The notes below the pieces were generated by a model that saw nothing but the letters and a program-made list of their open reading frames with translations, ran no database searches and was not told the origin of the DNA. A DNA stretch of 64,000 bases from Pseudomonas sp. (lineage in GTDB: Bacteria > Pseudomonadota > Gammaproteobacteria > Pseudomonadales > Pseudomonadaceae). The position numbers and the translations under genes were made by a program. The stretch's first letter is position 1, and the number at the start of each line of letters is the position of its first letter. The stretch lies in NCBI RefSeq assembly GCF_035512415.1, contig NZ_DATKDZ010000022.1:12003-76002 (forward strand), written 5' to 3'. Positions 1 through 9,402 of the stretch are shown here, one piece after another.

Positions 1-598
1 CAAACAACTCAGCGACTTTCTCCTGCGCCGCCGTGATGGCATTGGCGCGCGGCTCTTCACCGTAGGCCAGGCCTTCGGCACGGACGATCTCGATATCGGT
101 AATGCCGAGAAAGCGCAGCACCAGTTGCAGATACTCTTCATGGGCCTGGCCGCTTGGCTGACCCGCGTGAATACCGCCCGCAGTGGAAACGATCACCACC
201 TTCTTGCCGCCCGCCAGGCCCTTGGGGCCGTTCTCGTCGTAGGCAAAAGTCTTGCCGGCTACTGACACACGGTCGATCCAGGCCTTGAGCTGGGTCGGTA
301 TGGTGAAGTTGTACATCGGCGCGCCAATCACGATGGCATCAGCCGCGAGAAACTCATTGAGGGTGCCTTCGGCCAGCTCGACTTCATGCTGCTGCGCCGC
401 ATCGCGCAGCTCCGCTGGGGTACCACCGGCTACCAGACTGGCGGCAGACAGATGGCTCAGTGCATCGCTGGCCAGATCGCGATAGCTCACCTGCGCTTCA
501 GGCTCAGCGGCCAGCCAGGCGTCGACCACGGCGCGGCTGAGTTGGCGGGAGGCTGACGAGTCGCCGAGGATGCTGGAATCGAGGTGCAGTAGTTTCAT
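1..598 (-). CDS. azoR: FMN-dependent NADH-azoreductase (3' end runs off window)
   Basis: My own reverse translation from ATG at 596-598 gives [21 protein letters not shown]...[19 protein letters not shown]...VIVSTAGG. This is the flavodoxin-like AzoR pattern. The gene is divergent from a LysR gene and is absent from the ORF track because it is truncated. Confidence 0.8.
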   Translation of the reverse strand, partial: MKLLHLDSSILGDSSASRQLSRAVVDAWLAAEPEAQVSYRDLASDALSHLSAASLVAGGTPAELRDAAQQHEVELAEGTLNEFLAADAIVIGAPMYNFTIPTQLKAWIDRVSVAGKTFAYDENGPKGLAGGKKVVIVSTAGGIHAGQPSGQAHEEYLQLVLRFLGITDIEIVRAEGLAYGEEPRANAITAAQEKVAELF

Positions 599-694
599 GA
601 CAATCTCCAAATTGAGATCGCCCCGCGGCGATCAAGATGCTGGAGATACTATCGATGAAAGCAATAGCCGATTAGTCAGTGCAAATGCGATAGT

Positions 695-714
695 TCGTCC
701 TACTGATAGGACGA
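695..714. promoter_or_regulatory. Inverted repeat TCGTCCTA-CTGA-TAGGACGA in the azoR/LysR divergent region; candidate LysR operator
   Basis: Perfect 8-bp arms read directly from the sequence. It sits 8 nt upstream of the LysR ATG and overlaps its SD-like AGGA. The function is inferred only. Confidence 0.3.
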
Positions 715-721
715 TAGAACC

Positions 722-1621
722 ATGCATGACCTCAACGACCTGTTCTACTTCGCCAAGGTGGTGGAAGCCGGCGGCTTTGCTGCGGCCGGGCGCACCCTCG
801 GCATCCCCAAGTCACGCTTGTCGCGACGCATTGCCGAGTTGGAGAACCGCCTCGGCGCGCGCCTGCTGCAACGTACCACCCGAAAACTGGCATTGACCGA
901 TATCGGCGAACGCTACTTGCGCCATTGCCAGGCCATGCTGCAGGAAGCCGAACAGGCCGAGGAAACCGTGGCCAGTCTGACCAGCGAACCGCGCGGTCGT
1001 CTGCGGGTCAGCGCGCCAGGCGGCATCGCCCTGCTCTCGGAGCTGGTGGTGAGTTTTCTCGCGGCCTACCCCAAGGTGCAACTGGAGTTGATCCAGACCA
1101 ACCGGCGCATCGACCTGCTCAACGAGGGCGTGGACGTCGCCTTGCGCGTGCGCAGCGCCGAAGATGAAGACCCAACGCTGATTACCCGCCGCTTACGTCC
1201 GGCACAGGCCTTTATGGTGGCCGCACCGGCCTTGCTGCAGCACGCCAGGATCAGCACGCCCGGCGACCTCTCAGCGCTACCTGCATTGGGCGCAATAGAA
1301 GCGGACCGCAGAATCCACCTGCGTTTGCAGCACGACAGCGGGCCCGTGCAGGAGGCTGTGCTGGAAGCACGCCTGGCCATCGAAGATTTCAACGTACGCA
1401 AGCAAGCAGCCATGGCCGGCCTGGGCTTTACCATGCTGCCCGCGCCCCTGTGCCTGGATGAACTGGCCGATGGCCGCCTGATCCGCCTGCTGCCTGACTG
1501 GGCGCTACCCGCCGCTAATCTACAAGCGGTGTACACCCACAGACGCGGCATGCTGCCGGCCGTACGCGCGTGGATCGAACACCTGAGTGATGCCTTTAGC
1601 CGTTGGGATCAGCCAATTTAA
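722..1621 (+). CDS. LysR-family transcriptional regulator
   Basis: N-terminal wHTH (FYFAKVVEAGGFAAAGRTLGIPKSRLSRRIAELE) followed by a LysR substrate-binding domain. It is divergent from azoR. Confidence 0.9.
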   Translation: MHDLNDLFYFAKVVEAGGFAAAGRTLGIPKSRLSRRIAELENRLGARLLQRTTRKLALTDIGERYLRHCQAMLQEAEQAEETVASLTSEPRGRLRVSAPGGIALLSELVVSFLAAYPKVQLELIQTNRRIDLLNEGVDVALRVRSAEDEDPTLITRRLRPAQAFMVAAPALLQHARISTPGDLSALPALGAIEADRRIHLRLQHDSGPVQEAVLEARLAIEDFNVRKQAAMAGLGFTMLPAPLCLDELADGRLIRLLPDWALPAANLQAVYTHRRGMLPAVRAWIEHLSDAFSRWDQPI

Positions 1622-1640
1622 TCGTAATCAAGCCTGTGGT

Positions 1641-2609
1641 TTACCCAGGGAAATGCCGAGCGAGGAAAGCCAGTAGCAACAGATTGACCTGCTCGGCCTG
1701 CTCGTTCTGAATCCAGTGTCCGCACTCTTTCAGCACATGCTGTTCAAGTCGGGCGACTCGCTTGGGCATCTGCTTGAGGGTATAGGCCTCCAGAGTGCCG
1801 ACTGGATCCATATCCCCCAGTAGAAACAGCGCTGGTTGCTCGATCTGCCGGTCAGCCAGGGCCTCGGTGCGCTGCCAGTTACGCTCAAAGTTGCGATACC
1901 AGTTCAGCGCGCCATAAAAGCCGCGGCCCTCAAAGGTTTTCAGGTAATGCTCGAACGCTGCACGGTCACACCAGGCCGGCAGCACGCCGGGGTCCTGCAT
2001 GCCATCAAACAGCCCAGCGCCGGCGGGTTTGTCCTGCAGAAAGTGATCCTTGGGCACGGCTGCCGAGGTGTTGTGCATCATCATGCGCAGGGTACGGGGG
2101 ATGTCGGCATCCATTTCCGCCTCGGCTACGCCAGGCTGCTGAAAATGCAGAATGTAATGGAAACGCCCGGCGTACAGCTGACGCATGATCTCGATGGCCG
2201 GCTGCCGAGGCCTCCCACCAAACGGCACCGCCATGCCGACTACCGCCTGCACTCGCTCGGGCTCAAGCAGGGCCAGGTGCCAGGCAATCGGCGCGCCCCA
2301 GTCATGACCGACCACACACACCTGCTGCTGGCCTAGCTGATCCATAGCGGCCTGGATGTCGGCGCAGATGGTTAGGAGGTCATAGGCCGCAGGATCACGC
2401 GGTGCACTGCTCTGGCCATAGCCACGCATTTCCGGAATCAGCACGCGGTAACCGGCAGCGGTCAAAGGCGTGATCTGCTGCCGCCAGGAATGCCAGCACT
2501 CGGGAAAGCCGTGCAGCAACCAGACCGGCCGCCCCGCTGCAGGGCCAGCGCTGTATAGGCTCAGGTCGATACCGTTGACCTGAAGTATGTGCTGTTCGAG
2601 CTGATGCAT
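1641..2609 (-). CDS. alpha/beta hydrolase, epoxide-hydrolase/haloalkane-dehalogenase-like
   Basis: HGFPECWHSWRQQ and nucleophile-elbow GHDWGA motifs. I prefer the start at the second ATG (2609) because GGAGG lies 5 nt upstream; the ORF track starts at 2621. Confidence 0.85.
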   Translation of the reverse strand: MHQLEQHILQVNGIDLSLYSAGPAAGRPVWLLHGFPECWHSWRQQITPLTAAGYRVLIPEMRGYGQSSAPRDPAAYDLLTICADIQAAMDQLGQQQVCVVGHDWGAPIAWHLALLEPERVQAVVGMAVPFGGRPRQPAIEIMRQLYAGRFHYILHFQQPGVAEAEMDADIPRTLRMMMHNTSAAVPKDHFLQDKPAGAGLFDGMQDPGVLPAWCDRAAFEHYLKTFEGRGFYGALNWYRNFERNWQRTEALADRQIEQPALFLLGDMDPVGTLEAYTLKQMPKRVARLEQHVLKECGHWIQNEQAEQVNLLLLAFLARHFPG

Positions 2610-2641
2610 ATGCGCCTCCATCTAACCGAGGCCACTATGAC

Positions 2642-2667
2642 AAAGGCGCACCCTGGGGTGCGCCTTT
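2642..2667 (-). terminator. Hairpin AAAGGCGCACC-CTGG-GGTGCGCCTTT downstream of uppP
   Basis: Perfect 11-bp stem read in the sequence. The U-tail on the minus strand is weak. Confidence 0.5.
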
Positions 2668-2684
2668 ATTTATCCCCTGAATAC

Positions 2685-3515
2685 TTAGGGCTGTGCCGTG
2701 CTCCAGTCGATCCACTGCAACTGCCAGGTCGCCAGAATCAACAAGCCGAAACCGATGCGATACCAGGCAAAGGCGGCATAGCTGTGCTTGCCGATAAAAC
2801 TGAGCAGCGCCCGCACCGCGATCATGGCGAAGATAAAGGAGGTGACAAAACCAATGGCAAACACCGGCAGGTCACTGATCTGAAATAGATCGCGGTACTT
2901 GTAGCCGGAGTACGCAGCCGCGCCAACCATGGTCGGCATGGCAAGGAAGAAGGAGAACTCGGTCGCTGCCTTGCGCGACAACCCGAACAGCAGGCCGCCG
3001 ATAATCGTTGCGCCGGAGCGTGAAGTACCCGGAATCATCGCCAGGCACTGGGCGAAACCGATCTTCAGCGCATCCTTCCAGGTCATCTCACCCACGCTCT
3101 CGGCGTGTACCAGATGCGTGCGCCGTTCGGCCCAGAGCATGATCACCCCGCCCACCACCAGCGCCAGCGCCACGGTGATCGGGTTAAACAGGTAATGATG
3201 GATCAGGTCGGCAAACAATACGCCCAGCGCCACGGCGGGCAGAAAGGCGATCAGCAGATTGGTCGTGAAACGTTGGGCCAAGGGCTCTTTCGGCAGGCCC
3301 ACAACGATATCGAGGATCTTGCGCCGGTACTCCCACACCACCGCGAGAATCGCCCCCAGCTGGATGATGATATTGAAGGCCATCGCCCGCTCGCCGCCGA
3401 AACCAATCAGGTCGGCGACGATAATTTGGTGCCCCGTACTGGAGATCGGCAGAAACTCGGTAACCCCCTCAACTATCCCAAGAATAAGCGCCTGAAAAGC
3501 CACCCACAGATCCAT
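2685..3515 (-). CDS. uppP: undecaprenyl-diphosphate phosphatase
   Basis: BacA/UppP signature [22 protein letters not shown] motif and polytopic membrane profile; 276 aa. Confidence 0.95.
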   Translation of the reverse strand: MDLWVAFQALILGIVEGVTEFLPISSTGHQIIVADLIGFGGERAMAFNIIIQLGAILAVVWEYRRKILDIVVGLPKEPLAQRFTTNLLIAFLPAVALGVLFADLIHHYLFNPITVALALVVGGVIMLWAERRTHLVHAESVGEMTWKDALKIGFAQCLAMIPGTSRSGATIIGGLLFGLSRKAATEFSFFLAMPTMVGAAAYSGYKYRDLFQISDLPVFAIGFVTSFIFAMIAVRALLSFIGKHSYAAFAWYRIGFGLLILATWQLQWIDWSTAQP

Positions 3516-3827
3516 CCGAACTCCCTAAAAGCGCACGCCACCGCGTGCGAACAACCGAGTCATAACAACCGGGTAATAAAGACAAGCCAAATCAGACAGC
3601 TACGTAAGACGGAAAGTTCAGTGTCGCTATCCGAACGGCAGCGCTGCGCGCAGATGATGCCACAGCCGGCACGCAACAGCCTCGCGCGGCACCAAAAAGT
3701 GTGCCCATAAACAGTGGCAGTACCGTTAATAATCGACTGCCCAGGTGCAATTAGCCTAATGTCTAACGTATTCCGCGATGTCATTACCCTATAAGAGGCG
3801 CCCGACGCCCCGTGAGAGAGCCAAACC

Positions 3828-5462
3828 ATGAACAGCCTACGTAGCCTGCCCATTAGTCGTCGTCTCTGGTTGATCCTGTTAGTGGCCATTGTGATGCTGA
3901 TTTTTCAAGGCGCGCTGCTGTTGCGCCAGATCCATACAGACCTCTATGCCGCCAAAGGCGAAAAAACCCAGCATGTGGTGCAAAGCGCCGCCGGTATCCT
4001 CAAGCATTACCACAGCCTGGAAAGCAGTGGCGGCATAAGCCGTGAAGAGGCCCAGGCCCAGGCCATGAACGTCATAAAGGGGCTGCGCTACGACGGCCAG
4101 GAGTACTTCTGGATCAATGACCAGACCCCGGTCATGATCATGCACCCTACCAATCCCAAGCTGGATGGGCAGAACCTCTCCGGGTTCAAGGACCCAGACG
4201 GCAAAGCCCTGTTCAATGAAATGGTCGCCATCAGCAAGAGCAAGGGGGCGGGCCAGGTCAACTACCGCTGGCCAAAACCCGGCTCCAGCGAGCCGGTACC
4301 CAAGGTTTCCTATGTCGAACTGTTCCAGCCCTGGGGCTGGATTATCGGTTCAGGCGTTTATGTGGATGACGTCCAAGCCGAGTTCCAGGCCCAGGCCCTG
4401 AAGGCAGTCGCCATTGGTGGGGCCATCGCGATACTGATGGTTGTGCTCCTGCTGCTGATCGTGCGCAGCATCACCCAACCGCTGCAGCAGGCCGTCAGCG
4501 CCATGGCCAATATCGCCAGCGGCGACGGCGACCTGACGCGTAATCTGGACGCCAGCGGTGGCGATGAACTCACGGCCCTGGCCAGGCACTTCAATGCCTT
4601 TACCGACAAGCTGCGCCAGGTAATCAGACAATCACTCGACTCCGCCGGCGAACTCGACAAGGCCGCTAATGCCCTTGGCCAGGTTTCCGGGACGGCGCAG
4701 CAGCACAGCGAACAACAATCGCAACAGATGGAGCTGGTGGCGACCGCGATCAATGAAGTGACCTACGGCGTACAGGATGTGGCAAAGAACGCCGAACACG
4801 CCTCCTCCGAGGTGCATGCCGCCGAAGAGCAGGCCCAGCAGGGGCTGCAGAATATCGATGCAAGCCTGCGGCAGATCAACCAGCTGTCTGGCACCATCAA
4901 TCAGGCCGTCGAGGTCATCCAGACCCTCGCTGAGGAAAGCACCCAGATCGGCAGCGTGCTGGAAGTCATCCGTTCAATTGCCGAACAAACCAACCTGCTG
5001 GCCCTCAACGCCGCGATCGAAGCCGCCCGTGCCGGCGAGCAAGGCCGTGGCTTCGCCGTGGTCGCTGACGAGGTACGCCTGTTGGCACAGCGCACGCAGA
5101 AGTCCACCGCCGAGATTCAGGGCATGATCGAGCGCCTGCAGGGCAACTCGGAAGCGGCGGTCAAGGTCATCAACGAGAGCAGCCGCGCCTCGCAGCAGAC
5201 TATCGAACAGGCTAGCCAGGCTGGGGCCAGCCTCACCCTGATCGCCAATGGCCTGCGCAACCTAATCGGCTTGAATGCTTCCATCGCCAGCGCTACGCTG
5301 CAACAATCTCACGTAGTCGAAGATATCAATCAGAATGTCACCCAGGCTGCCAGCCTGGCCCATAACAATGCATTGGCTGCCGAGCAATCCAGCGAGGCGG
5401 GCCGTCGTCTTGGGCAGTTGGCTGAGCAGTTAAACGGATTGCTCGGACAGTTTCGCGTATGA
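3828..5462 (+). CDS. methyl-accepting chemotaxis protein with single-Cache (sCache_2-like) sensor
   Basis: TM1, then a periplasmic domain ([17 protein letters not shown]...NYRWPKPG...[10 protein letters not shown]), TM2, HAMP and the conserved MCP hairpin [38 protein letters not shown]. Confidence 0.95.
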   Translation: MNSLRSLPISRRLWLILLVAIVMLIFQGALLLRQIHTDLYAAKGEKTQHVVQSAAGILKHYHSLESSGGISREEAQAQAMNVIKGLRYDGQEYFWINDQTPVMIMHPTNPKLDGQNLSGFKDPDGKALFNEMVAISKSKGAGQVNYRWPKPGSSEPVPKVSYVELFQPWGWIIGSGVYVDDVQAEFQAQALKAVAIGGAIAILMVVLLLLIVRSITQPLQQAVSAMANIASGDGDLTRNLDASGGDELTALARHFNAFTDKLRQVIRQSLDSAGELDKAANALGQVSGTAQQHSEQQSQQMELVATAINEVTYGVQDVAKNAEHASSEVHAAEEQAQQGLQNIDASLRQINQLSGTINQAVEVIQTLAEESTQIGSVLEVIRSIAEQTNLLALNAAIEAARAGEQGRGFAVVADEVRLLAQRTQKSTAEIQGMIERLQGNSEAAVKVINESSRASQQTIEQASQAGASLTLIANGLRNLIGLNASIASATLQQSHVVEDINQNVTQAASLAHNNALAAEQSSEAGRRLGQLAEQLNGLLGQFRV

Positions 5463-5469
5463 GGACTTA

Positions 5470-6093
5470 ATGAGCAGCATGGAACATCAGGAAGTTGACC
5501 TCAATCGCGCGCAGAATCAGGACCTGGTCTGGGATCTGAACAGCATCGCTCGTCGCGAACTGGCCGAGCGCTTTATCAAGCTGTTCGAAAACCGCCTGTG
5601 CGTGTTCTCCGAGTCGGTGCACCAGCTGTACACCAACTACAACCTGCACTTCCCCAGCGATCAGGGCCGCAAGATGGTGGTGCTGCCCAACCCCTACGCC
5701 TTCCACGACACGCTGCACGGCATCGAGTCCCAGGCCGTGCGCCCAACCGGTCTCTGTGTGCTGCCAGGCGTGGTGCTGGGCAAACCCGGCCTGTTGCTCA
5801 CCACCATGTTCAAGGAAGGCGGACCGGCCCCCAAGACCATGCCGTTCAAACAGGCCCTGGCGCAGATCATCAGCAATCAGAAAAAGGCTGGCGATGTATT
5901 TTTGCCGATCATGATGAAAGGCGATTTGCGCGAGTTCAATCAGCAGATGCCCTATATCCACCTGCATCGCCTGCAGGTCAGCCGCCTGACCCGCCTCTCC
6001 ACCTTCGAGCGCGACGATATTCAGCAGACCATCACCCGCAAGCTCCTCACGCTCTATCGCCAGGCCGATAGCCTGAGCTGTCAGGAGCCCTGA
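5470..6093 (+). CDS. conserved hypothetical protein, 207 aa, apparently co-transcribed with the MCP
   Basis: Strong GC3 codon bias in this frame and natural amino-acid composition. The antisense ORF 5467-6102 has the A/G/L/Q/H-rich artefact composition. The start lies 8 nt after the MCP stop. I recognise no motif. Confidence 0.75.
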   Translation: MSSMEHQEVDLNRAQNQDLVWDLNSIARRELAERFIKLFENRLCVFSESVHQLYTNYNLHFPSDQGRKMVVLPNPYAFHDTLHGIESQAVRPTGLCVLPGVVLGKPGLLLTTMFKEGGPAPKTMPFKQALAQIISNQKKAGDVFLPIMMKGDLREFNQQMPYIHLHRLQVSRLTRLSTFERDDIQQTITRKLLTLYRQADSLSCQEP

Positions 6094-6135
6094 GGGCTGC
6101 ACAGCGGCCGCCCGGCATAAATCCGACGCATAAAG

Positions 6136-6166
6136 AAGCCGGCAGCAGTGACACTGCTACCGGCTT
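6136..6166. terminator. Bidirectional hairpin AAGCCGGCAGCAGTG / CACTGCTACCGGCTT
   Basis: About 14-bp stem with one mismatch (a G-U pair on the minus-strand RNA). The minus-strand tail is CTTTAT. It lies between the convergent 5470-6093 gene and the small ORF 6232-6345. Confidence 0.6.
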
Positions 6167-6231
6167 GTTGTCTCGTACCGCCGCTCTGGCGCGCTCAGTA
6201 CCCATGCCTCCGAGCCCGGAGACGGCGTGGC

Positions 6232-6345
6232 TTATTGCTGGCTGACCCAGAACACCGCGGTGGCGACAAAGATCAGGATCAAGGCAAAGATCGCCTTGGC
6301 ATCTACAGCGCTGTCGCCGTTATCAGATTCGGTATGTTCGCTCAT
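6232..6345 (-). CDS. candidate small membrane protein, 37 aa (MSEHTESDNGDSAVDAKAIFALILIFVATAVFWVSQQ)
   Basis: Not in the ORF track (under 60 aa). SD AAGAGGGG ends about 6 nt before the ATG. It has an acidic N-terminus plus one hydrophobic helix, and about 70 percent G/C at third codon positions by my count. The 6136-6166 terminator lies downstream. Confidence 0.45.
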   Translation of the reverse strand: MSEHTESDNGDSAVDAKAIFALILIFVATAVFWVSQQ

Positions 6346-6581
6346 GGCTACCCCTCTTGTTGTGATTATGGGTGAATCGCCCCTGCAGTTAAGACCAGTC
6401 AGGGCACTTACTCAAGCTCAGAGGTTATGTTCCACCCCTCACTTATCCCTTTAAGTTCTTTCCATATACTCAAACATCACTTTTGCGCATAACCCTGAGC
6501 TGGTATCTTCCTTCGGCTCCGCAGGGAGTGCGCGGCCGTGCGCGCTGATTAGCTGTAAAAAGCCTGATAACAGGACACTTC

Positions 6582-8240
6582 ATGTACGTATACGACCAGT
6601 ACGACCAACAAATCGTCGAGGACCGCGTCAAGCAGTTCCGCGATCAAACCCGCCGTTACCTGGCTGGCGAACTGAGCGGCGAAGAATTCCGCCCGCTACG
6701 CCTGCAGAATGGCCTGTATATCCAGCGCTTTGCGCCGATGCTGCGCATTGCCGTGCCCTACGGCCTGATGTCATCCGCGCAGGTTCGCATGATGGCCAAG
6801 ATTGCCCGTGACTACGACAAGGGTTACGCGCATATCAGCACCCGGCAGAACGTGCAGTTCAACTGGCCGGATCTGGAAGATGTGCCGGAGATCCTCGCCG
6901 AGCTGGCCACCGTGCAGATGCACGCGATCCAGACCAGCGGCAACTGCATCCGTAACACCACCACCGACCAGTTCGCCGGTGTGGCCAAGGATGAAATCGT
7001 CGACCCACGTCCGTGGTGCGAAATTATTCGCCAGTGGTCGACCTTCCACCCCGAGTTCACCCACCTGCCGCGCAAGTTCAAGATTGCGGTCAACGGTGCG
7101 ACCAGCGACCGTGCAGCGATTGAAGTGCACGACATCGGCCTGGAAGCGGTACAGAACGCCGCTGGTGAGCTGGGCTTCCGCGTCTCCGTCGGTGGCGGCC
7201 TGGGCCGTACCCCGATCGTTGGCAGCTTTATCAACGAATTCCTGCCGTGGCAGCACCTGATCAGTTACCTCGACGCCATCCTGCGTGTGTACAACCGCTA
7301 TGGCCGTCGTGATAACAAATACAAGGCGCGCATCAAGATTCTGGTCAAGGCGCTAACACCTGCGGTGTTCGCCGAGCGGGTCAATGCCGAGTGGGCCCAC
7401 CTGAAAGACGGCCCCACCACCCTGACCGAAGCCGAAGTGGCGCGCGTTGCCGCGCACTTTATCGACCCAAGCTACCAAGCCCTCGACGACCAGGACGCCG
7501 CGCTGGCTGCCCTGGATACCGAGCACCCAGGCTTTGCCCGCTGGCGTCAGCGCAACACCTTTGCGCACAAAAAGCCGGGCTATGTCGCCGTCACCCTGTC
7601 GCTCAAGCCGACCGGCGTGGCCCCGGGCGATGTCACCGACAAGCAGCTCGACGTGATCGCCGAACTGGCCGACCGCTACAGCTTTGGCGAAGTGCGCAAC
7701 AGCCACAACCAGAACATCATTCTGGCGGATGTCGAGCAGGCGCAGCTGTTCACCCTGTGGGGCGAGCTGCGCGAGAATGGATTCGCCACGCCGAACGTCG
7801 GCCTGCTGACCGACATCATCTGCTGCCCGGGCGGCGACTTCTGCTCCCTGGCCAACGCCAAGTCGATCCCGATTGCCGAAGCCATCCAGCGCCGTTTCGA
7901 TGACCTGGATTACCTGTTCGACATCGGCAATATCGACCTGAACATCTCCGGCTGCATGAACGCCTGCGGCCACCACCACGTTGGCCATATCGGCATCCTC
8001 GGGGTGGACAAGAAGGGGCAGGAGTTCTATCAGGTGTCCCTCGGCGGTAGCGCCGGCCGTGACGCCAGCCTGGCACAGATCCTCGGCCCATCCTTCGCCG
8101 AAGCGGACATGGCCGATGTGATCGACAAGATCGTCAAGGTCTATGTCGAGCGCCGCGATGAAGAAGAGAGTTTCCTCGACACCTTCCGCCGTATCGGTGT
8201 CGACCCGTTCAAGGAGCGCGTATATGCAGCGAATCATTAA
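6582..8240 (+). CDS. cysI: assimilatory sulfite reductase hemoprotein (nitrite/sulfite reductase family)
   Basis: Two NIR_SIR ferredoxin-like/siroheme modules. The Cys cluster is CCPGGDFCSLANA...SGCMNACGHHHVGHIG; 552 aa. Confidence 0.9.
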   Translation: MYVYDQYDQQIVEDRVKQFRDQTRRYLAGELSGEEFRPLRLQNGLYIQRFAPMLRIAVPYGLMSSAQVRMMAKIARDYDKGYAHISTRQNVQFNWPDLEDVPEILAELATVQMHAIQTSGNCIRNTTTDQFAGVAKDEIVDPRPWCEIIRQWSTFHPEFTHLPRKFKIAVNGATSDRAAIEVHDIGLEAVQNAAGELGFRVSVGGGLGRTPIVGSFINEFLPWQHLISYLDAILRVYNRYGRRDNKYKARIKILVKALTPAVFAERVNAEWAHLKDGPTTLTEAEVARVAAHFIDPSYQALDDQDAALAALDTEHPGFARWRQRNTFAHKKPGYVAVTLSLKPTGVAPGDVTDKQLDVIAELADRYSFGEVRNSHNQNIILADVEQAQLFTLWGELRENGFATPNVGLLTDIICCPGGDFCSLANAKSIPIAEAIQRRFDDLDYLFDIGNIDLNISGCMNACGHHHVGHIGILGVDKKGQEFYQVSLGGSAGRDASLAQILGPSFAEADMADVIDKIVKVYVERRDEEESFLDTFRRIGVDPFKERVYAANH

Positions 8241-8721
8241 GAATGGCCAGCTGATCGATGAAAGCTGGCATCTGCTGCCCAAGGACGCCACGCTGGACGG
8301 CATCTCCAACTGCGCCGACCTGATCGTACCGCTGGCCCTGTGGATCGAACACAGCACGGCGCTCAAGGCCCGCGATGGCGGGCTGGGCGTGTGGCTGGAC
8401 GCCGGTGAGGAAATCGAGGAAATCGCCGATCAGCTGGATAACTTCCAGGTTATCGCGCTGAACTTCCCGGCCTTCACCGATGGCCGCCACTGCTCCACCG
8501 CCTACCTGCTACGCAACCGCTACGGCTACAAGGGCGAAGTGCGCGCCATCGGCGATGTGCTGCGCGACCAGCTGTTCTCCTACCTGCGCGTGGGCTTCGA
8601 TGCCTTCGCCCTGCGTGAGGACAAGGACCCGCTGGATGCCTTGAAAGCCTTCGAGGAGTTCAGCGAGGTCTATCAGGCCTCCAGCGACCAGCCGCTGCCG
8701 CTGTTCCGCCGCCGCGCCTGA
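8224..8721 (+). CDS. DUF934-family protein coupled to sulfite reductase
   Basis: MQRIIKNGQLIDESWHLL... with AAGGAG 7 nt upstream of the ATG at 8224. It overlaps the cysI 3' end by 17 nt. The ORF-track start at 8143 is an in-frame upstream extension inside cysI. Confidence 0.8.
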   Translation: MQRIIKNGQLIDESWHLLPKDATLDGISNCADLIVPLALWIEHSTALKARDGGLGVWLDAGEEIEEIADQLDNFQVIALNFPAFTDGRHCSTAYLLRNRYGYKGEVRAIGDVLRDQLFSYLRVGFDAFALREDKDPLDALKAFEEFSEVYQASSDQPLPLFRRRA

Positions 8722-8733
8722 TCAAAGGCAACA

Positions 8734-8771
8734 AAAAGCCCCGCCTATCCGCAAATAGGCGGGGCTTTTTT
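8734..8771. terminator. Bidirectional intrinsic terminator AAAAAGCCCCGCCTAT...ATAGGCGGGGCTTTTTT
   Basis: Perfect long stem flanked by A- and T-tracts, between a convergent gene pair. Confidence 0.9.
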
Positions 8772-8778
8772 ATCGGTC

Positions 8779-9360
8779 TCAAATGGCCCGCACACTGTCC
8801 CAGGCGATTTGCGCAAAGAGCTCACGGCATTGCGCCAGGTCGCTGCGTACCCGTCCGGCCAACCAGTTGCGGGAAAAGTCATGGGTCGGGCCGATGATCA
8901 CCGAGGCAAAGCAATCGCTCGGCATGACCTTGAAACAGCCCTGCTCCCGATAGGCCGCCAGGGCCTGGAGGATCCGCGCGTAGTGCTGCTGATTGGCTTC
9001 GCGCAGTTGCTCGCCCATTTCACTGGCCTCGACCCGGCCACGGCTGTGCAGAACAAAGCGCGCCCAGTCCGGGTTGGCCACCACCCAGTCGATATAACTG
9101 GTGACCAGCAGCTTGACGCAGGCCTCGGCGCTATCGGCCCCGGCAAAGCCCTGCTCCAGCAGTTCGGCATACTGTGCGGTACCGGCCATATAGAGCGCCG
9201 CCAGGATGCGCTCCTTGTTGCCGAAATGGTGATACAGGCTGCCGATGCTGGCACCTGAACGATCGCGAATCATCTCGATGGTGGTGGCATCCACCCCCAC
9301 TTCGGTTACGCACGCCAAGGCGGCCTGGAGAATCTCATCTTTACGGGTACTGCGAGCCAT
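8779..9360 (-). CDS. TetR-family transcriptional regulator
   Basis: TetR_N HTH (ILQAALACVTEVGVDATTIEMIRDRSGASIGSLYHHFGNKE). The start is set at ATG 9360 (GGGAG 5 nt upstream) rather than 9387. Confidence 0.85.
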   Translation of the reverse strand: MARSTRKDEILQAALACVTEVGVDATTIEMIRDRSGASIGSLYHHFGNKERILAALYMAGTAQYAELLEQGFAGADSAEACVKLLVTSYIDWVVANPDWARFVLHSRGRVEASEMGEQLREANQQHYARILQALAAYREQGCFKVMPSDCFASVIIGPTHDFSRNWLAGRVRSDLAQCRELFAQIAWDSVRAI

Positions 9361-9402
9361 AACACTCCCTGGCGCTGAACCATGCATCGAAGCCGAAACG
9401 GC

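Noticed and set aside
5467-6102. 211-aa minus-strand ORF that is a mirror image of the 5470-6093 gene; which strand is real needed deciding
   Set aside because: The + frame shows strong third-position G/C bias with balanced composition (K, F, N, Y and M present) and sits 8 nt after the MCP stop. The minus frame is A/G/L/Q/H-rich artefact-like sequence with no SD.
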